DNA from: Pseudonocardiaceae bacterium
Lineage (GTDB): Bacteria > Actinomycetota > Actinomycetes > Mycobacteriales > Pseudonocardiaceae
Direction of reading: 5' to 3'
Assembly (NCBI GenBank): GCA_009379845.1
Contig: WHSZ01000020.1
Span: forward strand, 11,817-75,816
Length of the DNA stretch: 64,000 nucleotides
Positions 1-12,163 of the stretch are shown here, piece by piece (the first letter of the stretch is position 1; each line of letters begins with the position of its first letter). Under the pieces are notes generated by a model. That model saw only the letters and a program-made list of their open reading frames with translations, made no database searches and had not been told where the DNA came from. Made by a program: the position numbers and the translations under genes.

Positions 1-1200
1 GCCACGGATGGAGTCCTCGACCTGCGTGCCGATGATCGTCACGCCGGTGAGGAACGCGACCCCCGCGCAGCCGCCAACCAGCGCCACGGTGATCAGCGAG
101 ACGAACAGGTGCGGGGACAGGGCGACCAGCATCAGCCCGATCCCGGCCAGCACGATGGCGATGCCGAACAACCGGCTGTGCGGCAGGCGTTTGGCCAGCT
201 TCGGCGCGCCGGCCATCCCGGAACCGAGCCCGACGAACAGCGACACGAACAGCAGGCCGAATGTGGAGTCGCCACCCAGCAGGCTGGACGCGTACGGCTT
301 GGCGCTGCCGATCACCGCGCCGCCCGCGGTGAACGCGCCGATCATCCCGATCAGCAGGCCGCGAACCACCGGTGTGCTGCGCACGAACCGGCCGGCGTCG
401 CGCACCATGGACAGCAGCCCGCCCGGCTTCGACGCGCCCTCGTCTCGCGCTTCCTTGTGGCTGCGCTCATCCGGCGCCCTGATGGACAACTCCGGGATCC
501 GGGTGGCAACCAGGATCGCGCTCGTCAGGTAGAACAACCCGTTGAGCACCACGATGATCTTCGCGAAACCCAGCTCACCGAACATATCGGACGGCAGGCG
601 CAGCATCATGTCCATGCCGGTGATCAGCGCGTACAGCCCGGCGCCGGTGATCACCGCGATGCCGTAGGTCATCACGAGGCCGAGTTGGTTGGCCGTCTCC
701 ACCTGCTCCTTGCGGCGCAACAGGTTCGGCACCGCGGAGTCCTTGGACGGGATCCACATCGCCGAACAGCAGCCGACCAGCGCGTTCGCGACGAAGAGCC
801 AGAGCGGCGCGCCGACGATCGGGATGGAAAGCAGCAGTGCACAACGCAGCACGTCGCAGCCGGCCATGATCTTGCGGCGGTCGAACCGGTCCGCGAGCAG
901 TCCACCGAGCGGTGCGAAGATCAACCCGGGGATCAGCTGGCCGAGCACCACACCGCTGAACGCGAAGTTCTGCAGCGCGTAGTTCTCGGTCAGCTTCGTG
1001 ATCAGTCCGGTGAGCGCGAGAAAGGACAGCCAGTCGGCGATGCTGCAGAGGTACGTGACGCCCCACAGCCGGCGAAACGGCCGGATGGACAGCACACTGC
1101 GGATCCGGCGCGCGGTGGACACGTCATCGGCGGCGGAGGCATGACCGCCTGCCGATCCAGTAGTCTCGCCCGCCGCGCTGATCTGACCCACCCCAATCAT
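1..1200 (-). CDS. MFS-type transporter, partial (3' end runs off the window)
   Basis: Absent from the ORF track because no stop lies inside the window. My reverse-strand translation from ATG 1200 reads MIGVGQISAAG...RPFRRLWGVTYLCSIADWLSFLALTGL...LADRFDRRKIMAGCD, with hydrophobic helices and an MFS-like D-R-x-x-R-R loop. The start is uncertain. Confidence 0.7.
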   Translation of the reverse strand, partial: MIGVGQISAAGETTGSAGGHASAADDVSTARRIRSVLSIRPFRRLWGVTYLCSIADWLSFLALTGLITKLTENYALQNFAFSGVVLGQLIPGLIFAPLGGLLADRFDRRKIMAGCDVLRCALLLSIPIVGAPLWLFVANALVGCCSAMWIPSKDSAVPNLLRRKEQVETANQLGLVMTYGIAVITGAGLYALITGMDMMLRLPSDMFGELGFAKIIVVLNGLFYLTSAILVATRIPELSIRAPDERSHKEARDEGASKPGGLLSMVRDAGRFVRSTPVVRGLLIGMIGAFTAGGAVIGSAKPYASSLLGGDSTFGLLFVSLFVGLGSGMAGAPKLAKRLPHSRLFGIAIVLAGIGLMLVALSPHLFVSLITVALVGGCAGVAFLTGVTIIGTQVEDSIRG

Positions 1201-1391
1201 CGGACCGCGTGGTCGAGCGCCGCGGTCCGCCTGTGCCGTTCCCCATGATGTCCCATGTCAAGGGTATCGGCCCGTGACCGAGGCTAGCCGAATCGGGTGA
1301 GACGAATTGTGGTATGACGGCGTGCCGGCGTCACCAAGTGCACCCAAGTGCACTTCGAGAAAACTCAGCGCACCCGCGCGCTTCGGTCAGC

Positions 1392-2009
1392 TCACCCGAA
1401 TAGACCCGAGATGCTCTCCACCAAACTGCTGACCAGCGCGTAGGCGACGACCAGGAAAATCACGCCCAGCACGAACACGGCTACCGCGCCAACCGGAATC
1501 CCCTGGCGCCTCCGCCGCCATCCAGTCCGCTCCTCAGGTGCCGGGGTTTGCTGCTCCGGCTCGTCGGTCCCCGAGTTGTCGTGCAGCGGTGCGTCGCGTG
1601 CCCCGGACGGCCCGAGCCGGTTGTGCACCGGCCGCCAGGCCATCCGGACCAGCTCGCCGGTCGGCCGGGCCGGCCAGGCACGCCGACCCTGCACCCTGGT
1701 CGTCGAGCCACCGCCCTGCTGCTCGTCCTCGGTGCTCTGCTCGTCCTGCTGCGCCTGCTCGGCCTTCTCGTCCCCGGAGAGGACCCTGTTCATCGCTTCC
1801 CGCAACGCTTCGGCGTCCGGCCCCTCCTGTACCGGCTGAAGCACGGCCGTGTCTTCCTGCGAACCGGCGTCACCCTTTCGCTGCCGCGTCGACGAGCTGC
1901 CGGTCACCAGCCCACCGAGCGGATCGGTCAACGAATCGGACGGCGAAGGATCCCAGGTGCCGTCCACCCCGTACTTCCCGGACCCCGACTGACTCGACAC
2001 CGTGACCAC
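1392..2009 (-). CDS. hypothetical protein, disordered acidic/Gln-rich N-terminus with a single C-terminal TM helix (tail-anchored)
   Basis: ORF track 205 aa. The C-terminus IPVGAVAVFVLGVIFLVVAYALVSSLV is a TM segment and the codon third positions are G/C-rich. No recognisable domain. Confidence 0.5.
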   Translation of the reverse strand: MVTVSSQSGSGKYGVDGTWDPSPSDSLTDPLGGLVTGSSSTRQRKGDAGSQEDTAVLQPVQEGPDAEALREAMNRVLSGDEKAEQAQQDEQSTEDEQQGGGSTTRVQGRRAWPARPTGELVRMAWRPVHNRLGPSGARDAPLHDNSGTDEPEQQTPAPEERTGWRRRRQGIPVGAVAVFVLGVIFLVVAYALVSSLVESISGLFG

Positions 2010-2019
2010 TCCTTCAGCG

Positions 2020-2063
2020 TCGTGAGTCTTTTCAAGGGTTATAGCACCCGGAAAGACTCACGA
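2020..2063. repeat. low-GC palindromic intergenic element, complete copy 1 (loop inverted relative to copy 3)
   Basis: 12-bp perfect arms TCGTGAGTCTTT (2020-2031) and AAAGACTCACGA (2052-2063) flank the loop TCAAGGGTTATAGCACCCGG. The TGA stop of the 2058..2747 gene lies in the right arm. Confidence 0.8.
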
Positions 2064-2747
2064 GCATCCCGCGGCCTCGTAAGCGGCCTCGTAATCGGAG
2101 ATCGCGCTCGTCACCCAGGCGCTGATCACCTCGTTGCTGCCGGGGTGGTGCAGCAGGGTGGTGCCGCCATGCTGGTTGTTCAGCAACCCGAGCACGTAAC
2201 GCCCGTCGTCGTTGTCAAGCACGAGCAACGACGGCCGGGTGTGGTCGTAGGCCGCGTGCCCGCACACGCTCAGCCCGATCATCGCGGTTCCCTTGCGGGG
2301 CCGCGCGATCGTGTCCCGCACGGTCGTCAGCTCGGTGGCGTACTCCGCGGGTACCGAGCCCTGCGCGTCAGCGTGGATCATGGCGAACTCGCTGGTTCCC
2401 GGCGTGTACTGGGGCAGCAAGGCGAGTACTCCGGGGATCAGCCCCGCGCGCTCCGCGTAGCGGATCCTCGGCGGCCTGGTCGGCACCCCGTCAACCAGCA
2501 CGGCCGACGATTCGCGGTCCGCGGCCGCCCGCGCGAGTAGCGGCTGGGGCTCGTGGTGGAACACCGCTCGCACGGACAGCTGGATGTGTCCCCGGCCGAG
2601 CGTGTCCACGCCACGTCGGCCTTGCTCGGTCAGCCGTCCCTGCCGCGCAAGCCGTCGCGCGGCACCATGTTCGTCAACGTGTCGCGGGGCGCCCAGATCG
2701 AGTAGCGGCTTCGCGGCGGACTGGGCAAGCGAGTACACCGTGGTCAC
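2058..2747 (-). CDS. hypothetical protein immediately downstream of topA (likely co-transcribed)
   Basis: ORF track 229 aa with a protein-like, non-repetitive sequence. It starts 11 nt after the topA stop. No domain recognised. Confidence 0.6.
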   Translation of the reverse strand: MTTVYSLAQSAAKPLLDLGAPRHVDEHGAARRLARQGRLTEQGRRGVDTLGRGHIQLSVRAVFHHEPQPLLARAAADRESSAVLVDGVPTRPPRIRYAERAGLIPGVLALLPQYTPGTSEFAMIHADAQGSVPAEYATELTTVRDTIARPRKGTAMIGLSVCGHAAYDHTRPSLLVLDNDDGRYVLGLLNNQHGGTTLLHHPGSNEVISAWVTSAISDYEAAYEAAGCS

Positions 2748-2758
2748 CGAGGGCCACT

Positions 2759-5545
<2,787 letters not shown>

Positions 5546-5770
5546 GCGTCCTGCTCTTTCGTCTCGCCTATCTCAACCCGCCAGTGTGCACCGAGTACTG
5601 CGTGCATCGCCGGTCAGGGCTGATCCAACACCTATCTGTGCGCCGGATCACACTAGCCGCACGATCGTCCGCATCGGATTCACCCCAGGTCAGAGCGGCC
5701 CTTCAGGGAGGCCTTCGCGGAAACTTCGCACATCCGCCACTACTAGCATGAGTCGGGCAGCAAGCGCTCG

Positions 5771-6430
5771 TCAGCTCGCCGGGCGCAGCGGCCAGTGTGG
5801 TTCCGCCGCGTTCGGCGCCGGTCCGACCAGCTCGGCGAGCCGGTTCAGCTTGCGCCGCCCGGTCAGCCGTAGCCCCGGCCCGCCGGCCCGCACCCCGAGC
5901 TGGGTACCGCGAAGCCCGATGTTCGCGAGGGCGGCCACCAGCGGCTCGTGGGTATCAGGGGCCCGCGAATCGAACGGCAGCACGTAACCGCCGTGTGTCC
6001 AGTCGCCACCGGTCAACGCCCACAGCCGCAGCGCTTGACCGTCCAGGCGCAGCGTCGGCGGCACAGCCTTCACGGCGCCCTTCGTCCACGCGGTGGCCAG
6101 CTCGATGAGGTCCGCGCGGAACGCGGTGCGCACCAGCGGGTGCCCCTCCTCGGACGTGGTGACCTCGGCGTGCACGTGCCGTTCCGCGCACGCATCGGCG
6201 AGCAGTCGCGCCCGCCATTCCTCCGCGAGGACCACGGACAGCCGCGCCGCAGTGCGGCCGAAGCTGACCAGCTGACCCTGTCCGCACAGCACACCCGCGA
6301 GATCCGCCAGCCGTGGCTGGCTGACCTCCGCGGAGAAGAAACACAGCTGCCGCACGGGCCGCAGGATAGAACATGCGTTCGAGTTGCGACACCCGCCGCG
6401 CCGGGCGTCCGGCGGAACGAGCCGGCACAT
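5771..6430 (-). CDS. conserved hypothetical protein (position of Rv3647c-like gene upstream of topA)
   Basis: ORF track 247 aa. I trimmed it to the internal ATG at 6430 (MCRLVPPDARRGG...). Assignment is by synteny only, with no motif. Confidence 0.5.
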   Translation of the reverse strand: MCRLVPPDARRGGCRNSNACSILRPVRQLCFFSAEVSQPRLADLAGVLCGQGQLVSFGRTAARLSVVLAEEWRARLLADACAERHVHAEVTTSEEGHPLVRTAFRADLIELATAWTKGAVKAVPPTLRLDGQALRLWALTGGDWTHGGYVLPFDSRAPDTHEPLVAALANIGLRGTQLGVRAGGPGLRLTGRRKLNRLAELVGPAPNAAEPHWPLRPAS

Positions 6431-6593
6431 CGGGCGTGTGTCCACCAGATGGGCCCCGTAGAATACGCCAATCGGCGGTGTGCACGTAAGTCCGATTCGC
6501 CGTATTCGCACCAACGGTGCGCAGAACGCCTACGCCATCCGCGATACTCCTCGGGCCTATCAGCTGCTCGCGGCTTCGAGGAGGAACGCGCCG

Positions 6594-8753
6594 ATGCCTA
6601 GCATCACCCCGGCTGGCGAGCAGGACGACGCGGAGCCGGGCGCGACGCATAACGAGGTGTCTGGAACGGTCGGCCAGAGCGTCCAGGTCGGCACCATGCA
6701 CGGCGATGTGCACTTCCACGCCATCCCGGAGGGCGTCATCCCGCGGCAACCCGCGCCGGCGTTCGAGCTCACGGTGCCGCAACAGCTCAGCCCCGCACCG
6801 CCGCATTTCACCAACCGGACACGGGAGCTGGCCGAGCTCAACCGGATCGTCGGGGAATCCCGGATTCTGGTGATCAGTGGGCTTGGCGGGATCGGCAAGA
6901 CGGCACTCGCGCACACCTGGCTGAACCAGCTGTGCGACCGGTATCCGGACGGCCAGCTACAGGTCAATCTCGGCGGGCTCGATCCGGCCTACCAGGTGCC
7001 CACGACCGAGGTGCTCGGGCGTTTCCTGCGCGGCTTGGGCGTGCTGCCGGCCATGGTGCCGGCCGACGTGGACGAGCAGGGCGCGATGTACCGGTCGTTG
7101 ACGAAGGACAAGGCGCTGCTTGTGCTGCTGGACAACGCCGCGTCCGCGGACCAGATACTGCCGCTGCTGCCGAACTCGGCCAGCAGCCTCGTCGTCACGA
7201 CCAGCCGGCTGAGGCTAGCCACCCTGCGGGCCGCGGACCGGCTGTTTCTCGAGCGGTTCGAGCCGAAGGACGGCTTGGAACTGCTCAGCACCGCCCTCGG
7301 CCCCGAGCGGGTGGATTCGGAAACGTCCGTCGCCCGCGACCTGGTGGAACGCTGTGACGGGTTCCCGCTCGCGCTGTCCATAATCGGGGCGTCACTGGCG
7401 CTGCGGCGACATTCGTCGATCGCCAGGGTCGTCACGGATCTCGATGATGAGCGTCGGCGGCTCAACGTGCTGTCGAGTAGGGAGGACGCTTCCATGCAAG
7501 CAGTCCTGGATGTCTCCTACGAGGCGCTGTCGGCCGAGGCGGCGCGGTTCTACCGGCTGCTTGGCCTGCACCCGACCAGCGAGTTCGGTGGCGGCGTCGC
7601 GGCGGCGACGGTGGACCGCTCGGTTCGTGAGGTGGACGCGCTCATCGAGCAGTTGCTGGAGGCAAGCCTGCTCGAGGAGATCGACCGGGATCGCTACCAG
7701 TTCCACGACCTGGTGCGCCTGCACGCCCGCGAGCGGGCGGAGCGGCACGACCCCGAACCGGAGAGGGAAGCCGCGCTGCGCCGGATCTTCGAGTGGTATC
7801 TGCACACCGCGATGGCCACCGGCGACCTCACCACGCCCGATCAGGACCCGATCCGCTACGTGTTCGACTACCTGCCGGCCGACCCGGTGACGTTCGCGAG
7901 CCGGGATGAGGCCCTTGGGTGGCTCGAGAAGGAGCGGGCGAACCTGATCACCGTGATCCGCACGGTCGCCGAGCAACGGATGCCGGTGCTCGGCTGGCAG
8001 CTGGCCAACGCGATGTGGCCGTTGTTCCTGCTGCACAAGCATTACCGGGATTTCCTCGCGGTGAGCGAAATCGGTGTGCGGTGCGCTCAGGAGTGGGGCA
8101 ACCGGTGGGCCGAGGCTTTGATGCACAACCGGTGCGGTGCGGCTTGCCGCGGTGCCGGCCGATTCGACGACGCGGTGGAGCACTACTCGCGCGCGCTGCG
8201 GGTGTTGCCGGAGACGGGCGATCAGGCGCCCGCGATCAGGTCGTTGGAGGGCTTCGGGTTGGTAGCGCTCGCCCGCGGGCAGCTGGACGACGCGTTGCGG
8301 CACTTCGACGACAACCTGCGCCGTTCCCGCGAGCTGGATCGGCAGCACGACGTGAGCCTGGTGCTGGTCAACATCGGAGCTACGCTGACCAAGGTCGGGC
8401 GGTTCGACGAGGCGATCGAGAACCTCGAGCATGCGCGCGAATCGCTTGCCGCGCAAGGCGATGACTACAACGTTGCCCGCGCGCGCACCGATCTCGGGAA
8501 CGCACTCGGTCGCGCGGGGCAGTTCGCGCGGGCAAGGGAACATCTGGACGGTGCGCTGGCCGCGATGCGTGCGGCAGGCTCCTCGTTCGAGGAAGCGCGC
8601 GTGTTGATGACCCTCGGCGAGGTGGCCGAACAGGCCGGCGACGCCGAGGAGGCGCGGCACTACTACGAGACGGCGTTGCCTATCTTCGTCGAGCTCGGCC
8701 GACCGGAGGCGAAACGGATCGACGAGAAGCTGAGCCAGCAGCCGGACTCTTGA
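6594..8753 (+). CDS. STAND NTPase: NB-ARC domain plus C-terminal TPR array, with no recognisable N-terminal effector or DNA-binding domain
   Basis: Walker A ISGLGGIGKTALAH, Walker B ALLVLLDNA, and TPR-like repeats in the C-terminal half. ATG 6594 is preceded by GAGGAGGA about 7 nt upstream. The track ORF begins earlier, at GTG 6480. Confidence 0.85.
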   Translation: MPSITPAGEQDDAEPGATHNEVSGTVGQSVQVGTMHGDVHFHAIPEGVIPRQPAPAFELTVPQQLSPAPPHFTNRTRELAELNRIVGESRILVISGLGGIGKTALAHTWLNQLCDRYPDGQLQVNLGGLDPAYQVPTTEVLGRFLRGLGVLPAMVPADVDEQGAMYRSLTKDKALLVLLDNAASADQILPLLPNSASSLVVTTSRLRLATLRAADRLFLERFEPKDGLELLSTALGPERVDSETSVARDLVERCDGFPLALSIIGASLALRRHSSIARVVTDLDDERRRLNVLSSREDASMQAVLDVSYEALSAEAARFYRLLGLHPTSEFGGGVAAATVDRSVREVDALIEQLLEASLLEEIDRDRYQFHDLVRLHARERAERHDPEPEREAALRRIFEWYLHTAMATGDLTTPDQDPIRYVFDYLPADPVTFASRDEALGWLEKERANLITVIRTVAEQRMPVLGWQLANAMWPLFLLHKHYRDFLAVSEIGVRCAQEWGNRWAEALMHNRCGAACRGAGRFDDAVEHYSRALRVLPETGDQAPAIRSLEGFGLVALARGQLDDALRHFDDNLRRSRELDRQHDVSLVLVNIGATLTKVGRFDEAIENLEHARESLAAQGDDYNVARARTDLGNALGRAGQFARAREHLDGALAAMRAAGSSFEEARVLMTLGEVAEQAGDAEEARHYYETALPIFVELGRPEAKRIDEKLSQQPDS

Positions 8754-8807
8754 CGTGGTGGTATTCTGACCCAATTGGTACCGAGTACCACTTTGAAGGG
8801 GTCAGCT

Positions 8808-9695
8808 ATGAGCGTGTCCGTTCTCGTTACCGGTGCGTCGTCCGGCCTCGGCCTGGCCGCGTCCACCGAACTCGCCGCCGCCGGACGGCAGGTGATCCTG
8901 GGGTGCCGGAGTATTCCGCGCGGCGAGGCGGCCGCCGAGTCGATCCGCGCCAGCGTTCCCGGCGCGAACGTCGAGGTGCTCGAACTGGACGTGGCCTCGC
9001 TGGCCTCGGTCCGCTCCGCGGCCGGCGAGCTCGCCGGCAGGCCGCTCGGGGCATTGATCCTCAACGCGGGAATCCAGGTGGTGAACGGAACTCAGCGTTC
9101 CCCTGACGGCTACGAGCTGACCTTCGCCACCAACCATCTCGGGCATTTCCTGCTTACCCAGCTACTGCTCGAGCAGCTGGCCGAGCCGGCCCGCATCGTG
9201 CTGGTGTCCAGCGGTACGCATTACGGTCCACCGCGGTCGGGGCCGTTTCCCGGGCCGCGCTGGGCGAGCGGCCGGGCGCTCGCCGAAGGGTCTACTTTGG
9301 ACGGTTCGGGGCGGTCGGGGCGGATTCGCTACGCCACCTCCAAGCTGGCGAACATCTACATGGTGCACGAACTGGCGCGCCGGTTGGCCGACCGGGATGT
9401 CACCGTGAACGCGTTCGACCCAGGGCTGATGCCGGAAACCCGGCTGGCCCGCGACTACTCGCCACGCCTGCAGCGGCTCTACGACCGGCTCGGGGGGCTG
9501 CTGGTTCGAGTCGTCCCGGAAGCGAACTCCGCTGCCACCTCCGGCGCCAACCTCGCCAGGCTGGTTACCGGCCCGGCGCAGCCGAACGGCGCGTACGTCG
9601 TGGGCCGCAAACCTCGCAAGAGCTCCCGGGAGTCCTACGACGCGGAACGCTCCGCCGAGCTGTGGCGCGCCTCCGAGCAGCTAACCAACTCCTAG
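8808..9695 (+). CDS. SDR family oxidoreductase
   Basis: VLVTGASSGLGLA (TGxxxGxG) and YATSK (YxxxK). ATG 8808 follows GAAGGGG. Confidence 0.85.
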   Translation: MSVSVLVTGASSGLGLAASTELAAAGRQVILGCRSIPRGEAAAESIRASVPGANVEVLELDVASLASVRSAAGELAGRPLGALILNAGIQVVNGTQRSPDGYELTFATNHLGHFLLTQLLLEQLAEPARIVLVSSGTHYGPPRSGPFPGPRWASGRALAEGSTLDGSGRSGRIRYATSKLANIYMVHELARRLADRDVTVNAFDPGLMPETRLARDYSPRLQRLYDRLGGLLVRVVPEANSAATSGANLARLVTGPAQPNGAYVVGRKPRKSSRESYDAERSAELWRASEQLTNS

Positions 9696-12151
9696 CGCAC
9701 TCGCTCGAACTTCGGGTCGAAGAGCGGTTCCGTGGCTATCCGCCCGGACACCCACCGGCCGAAGATGTCGATCTCCACCTCGGTGTCCGGCTCGGCGTGC
9801 TTGATCGGCACGTACCCGTAGGCGATCGAGCAGCCAACCGAGTAGCCATAGCCGCCCGAAGTCACCCGGCCGACGACCTCACCGGCGATCCGCACCGGCT
9901 CATTGCCGAGCACGATGGAACGCGGATCGTCCAGCCGCACGCACACCAATCGCCGGGCGAGGCCGCGTTCCCGTTGCTCAAGAAGTGCTTTCCTGCCAAG
10001 GAAACCGCCGGGCTTATCCGGTTTCACGCAGAAGTCGAGCCCGGCCTCGTACGGCGTGCTGTCCGGGCCGATGTCCGCGCCCCACACCCGGTAGCCCTTC
10101 TCCACCCGCATGCTGTCGATCGCCCGGTAGCCGGCCACCACCATCCCATGTGGACGGCCGGTCTCGTAAAGGGCATGCCACAACGCGCGACCGTACTCGG
10201 ACGGCGCGTAAAGCTCCCAGCCGAGCTCACCGGTGAACGTCACGCGCAGTGCCCGCACAGGGATGTCCCCAACGTTGATCTGCTGCGCGGTCATGAACCG
10301 GAACCCGGCATTGCTCAGGTCCGCGCCGGTAAGCTCGCCGAGAATGTCCCTCGCTGCCGGGCCCCACAGTCCGTAGCAGGCGAACAAGCCGGTCACGTCG
10401 GCGATCCGGACCGATGCACCTCGTTCCCGTGCCTGCTTGCGCAGCCAGCCCATATCGTGCGAGCCGAACGCGGTGCCGGTGACAACCAGGAATTCCTGCT
10501 CGGCCGTCCTGGTGACGGTGTAGTCGCATTCGATACCGCCGCGGGAGTTCAACGCCTGCGTGTAGGTAACCGCGCCGATGCCACGCGCGACGTTGTTGTC
10601 GCACACCCAGCTCAGGAACTCCGCGGAATCCGGGCCGCTGACCGAAATCTTGGCGAACGACGATTCGTCGAAGAGCCCGGCAGCACGCCGCGTTCCGAGA
10701 TGCTCGGCGCCGATGGCCGGCGACCAGTTCTGCCCAGCCCAGCCGCGCGGCCGCAAGGATTCGTCGCCGTCCGCCGCGTTGCTGCTGTAGTAGTTCACCC
10801 GTTCCCAGCCGGCCTTCTCACCGAAGAACGCGCCGTGCTGCTCGTGCCATGAGTACGCCGGCGACACCCGGAGCGGGCGGCCCGCGGCCCGCTCATGGTT
10901 GGGATACTTGATGTCGTAATAGGTTTCGTAGTTCTCCACGATGCGGCGCAGCGTGTAGGACGGGGAGCGGTACTGCGTCCCGAACCGGCTGATGTCCATG
11001 TGCCAGACATCCATCCCCGGCTCGCCGTCCATGATCCAATCGGCCATCACCTTGCCGATCCCGCCCGCACCCGCGATGCCGTGCGCGCACAGGCCGGCCG
11101 CGACGAAGAACCCGCCGATTTCGGTCTCACCAAGGCAGAACTCGTTGTCCGGGGTGAATGCCTCCGGCCCGTTGATCAGTTTCCGGATACCGATGTCGGC
11201 CATCCGGGGAACCCGGATCTGCGAGTTCTCGGTGATCTCCTCGAACCGGTCCCAATCCTCGCCGAGCAGCTTCCCGTTGAAGTCAGCGGGAATCGCGTCA
11301 TACGAGCGCTCGCTCGCGGTCCACGGGCGCGCATCCCGCTCGTAGCCGCCCATGACCAGACCCTGGACTTCCTGGCGGTAGTACACCAGCAGATCGGGGT
11401 CACGCAGCGTCGGCAGCGGCTTTTCGGTGCGTTCCAGGAACGATTCGGTCACCAGGTACTGGTGGGACATCGGCACGAGCGGGATGCGCACGCCGACCAT
11501 CCGGCCGATCTCCGAGGCGAACATCCCGCCGCAGTTCACCACGATCTCGCAGTCGATATCGCCGCGATCGGTGCGCACCTTGCTGACCCGGTCCTTGGTG
11601 GTCTCGATGCCGAGCACCCGGGTGTGCGTGACGGTTCGCACGCCCCCGTTACGCGCCAGCGAGGCCAGTGAGTAGCACAGCTGCGATGGATCCACATAGC
11701 CGTCCGTCGCCAGGTACACCGCGCCGAGCACGCCGTCCGGATCCATCAGCGGGAACATCTCCCGTGCCTCCGAAACCGAGATCTCCTCTAGCGGCAGCCC
11801 GAAAGTCTGTGCCCAGCCGATCTGCCTGCGCAGCTCCTCGAGCCGCGGCTCGCTTGATGCCAACCGGATCCCGCCGCTTTCCACCCAGCTCGGCGGGTGC
11901 TCGCTCGCCTGCAGTTTCCGGTACAGCTCGGCGGAGTACATGTTCATCTTGGTCAGCGTCGGATCGGAGCGCAGCTGGCCGACGAGCCCGGCCGAGTGGA
12001 ACGTGGAGCCGCTTGTCAGCTCGTTGCGATCGAGCAGCACCACGTCACGCTCGCCCAGCTCGGCCAGGTGATACGCGACGCTGGCACCCGCGACGCCACC
12101 ACCGATGATCACGATCCGCGCTGAGGCCGGCAACGTTTTGTCAACTGACAC
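9692..12151 (-). CDS. FAD-dependent oxidoreductase fused to a GcvT-like folate-binding domain (dimethylglycine oxidase / sarcosine dehydrogenase family)
   Basis: 819 aa. N-terminal IVIIGGGVAGASVAYHL dinucleotide fold and a C-terminal aminomethyltransferase-like half. GTG start with GAGGAGAAG upstream, inside the end of the HAD gene. Confidence 0.9.
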   Translation of the reverse strand: MSVDKTLPASARIVIIGGGVAGASVAYHLAELGERDVVLLDRNELTSGSTFHSAGLVGQLRSDPTLTKMNMYSAELYRKLQASEHPPSWVESGGIRLASSEPRLEELRRQIGWAQTFGLPLEEISVSEAREMFPLMDPDGVLGAVYLATDGYVDPSQLCYSLASLARNGGVRTVTHTRVLGIETTKDRVSKVRTDRGDIDCEIVVNCGGMFASEIGRMVGVRIPLVPMSHQYLVTESFLERTEKPLPTLRDPDLLVYYRQEVQGLVMGGYERDARPWTASERSYDAIPADFNGKLLGEDWDRFEEITENSQIRVPRMADIGIRKLINGPEAFTPDNEFCLGETEIGGFFVAAGLCAHGIAGAGGIGKVMADWIMDGEPGMDVWHMDISRFGTQYRSPSYTLRRIVENYETYYDIKYPNHERAAGRPLRVSPAYSWHEQHGAFFGEKAGWERVNYYSSNAADGDESLRPRGWAGQNWSPAIGAEHLGTRRAAGLFDESSFAKISVSGPDSAEFLSWVCDNNVARGIGAVTYTQALNSRGGIECDYTVTRTAEQEFLVVTGTAFGSHDMGWLRKQARERGASVRIADVTGLFACYGLWGPAARDILGELTGADLSNAGFRFMTAQQINVGDIPVRALRVTFTGELGWELYAPSEYGRALWHALYETGRPHGMVVAGYRAIDSMRVEKGYRVWGADIGPDSTPYEAGLDFCVKPDKPGGFLGRKALLEQRERGLARRLVCVRLDDPRSIVLGNEPVRIAGEVVGRVTSGGYGYSVGCSIAYGYVPIKHAEPDTEVEIDIFGRWVSGRIATEPLFDPKFERVR

Positions 12152-12163
12152 GATCGCTTCTCC

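Noticed and set aside
9692-9695. The convergent SDR and oxidase genes share overlapping stop codons in the palindrome CTAG.
   Set aside because: This is a coincidence of two TAG stops on opposite strands, with no further structure around it.
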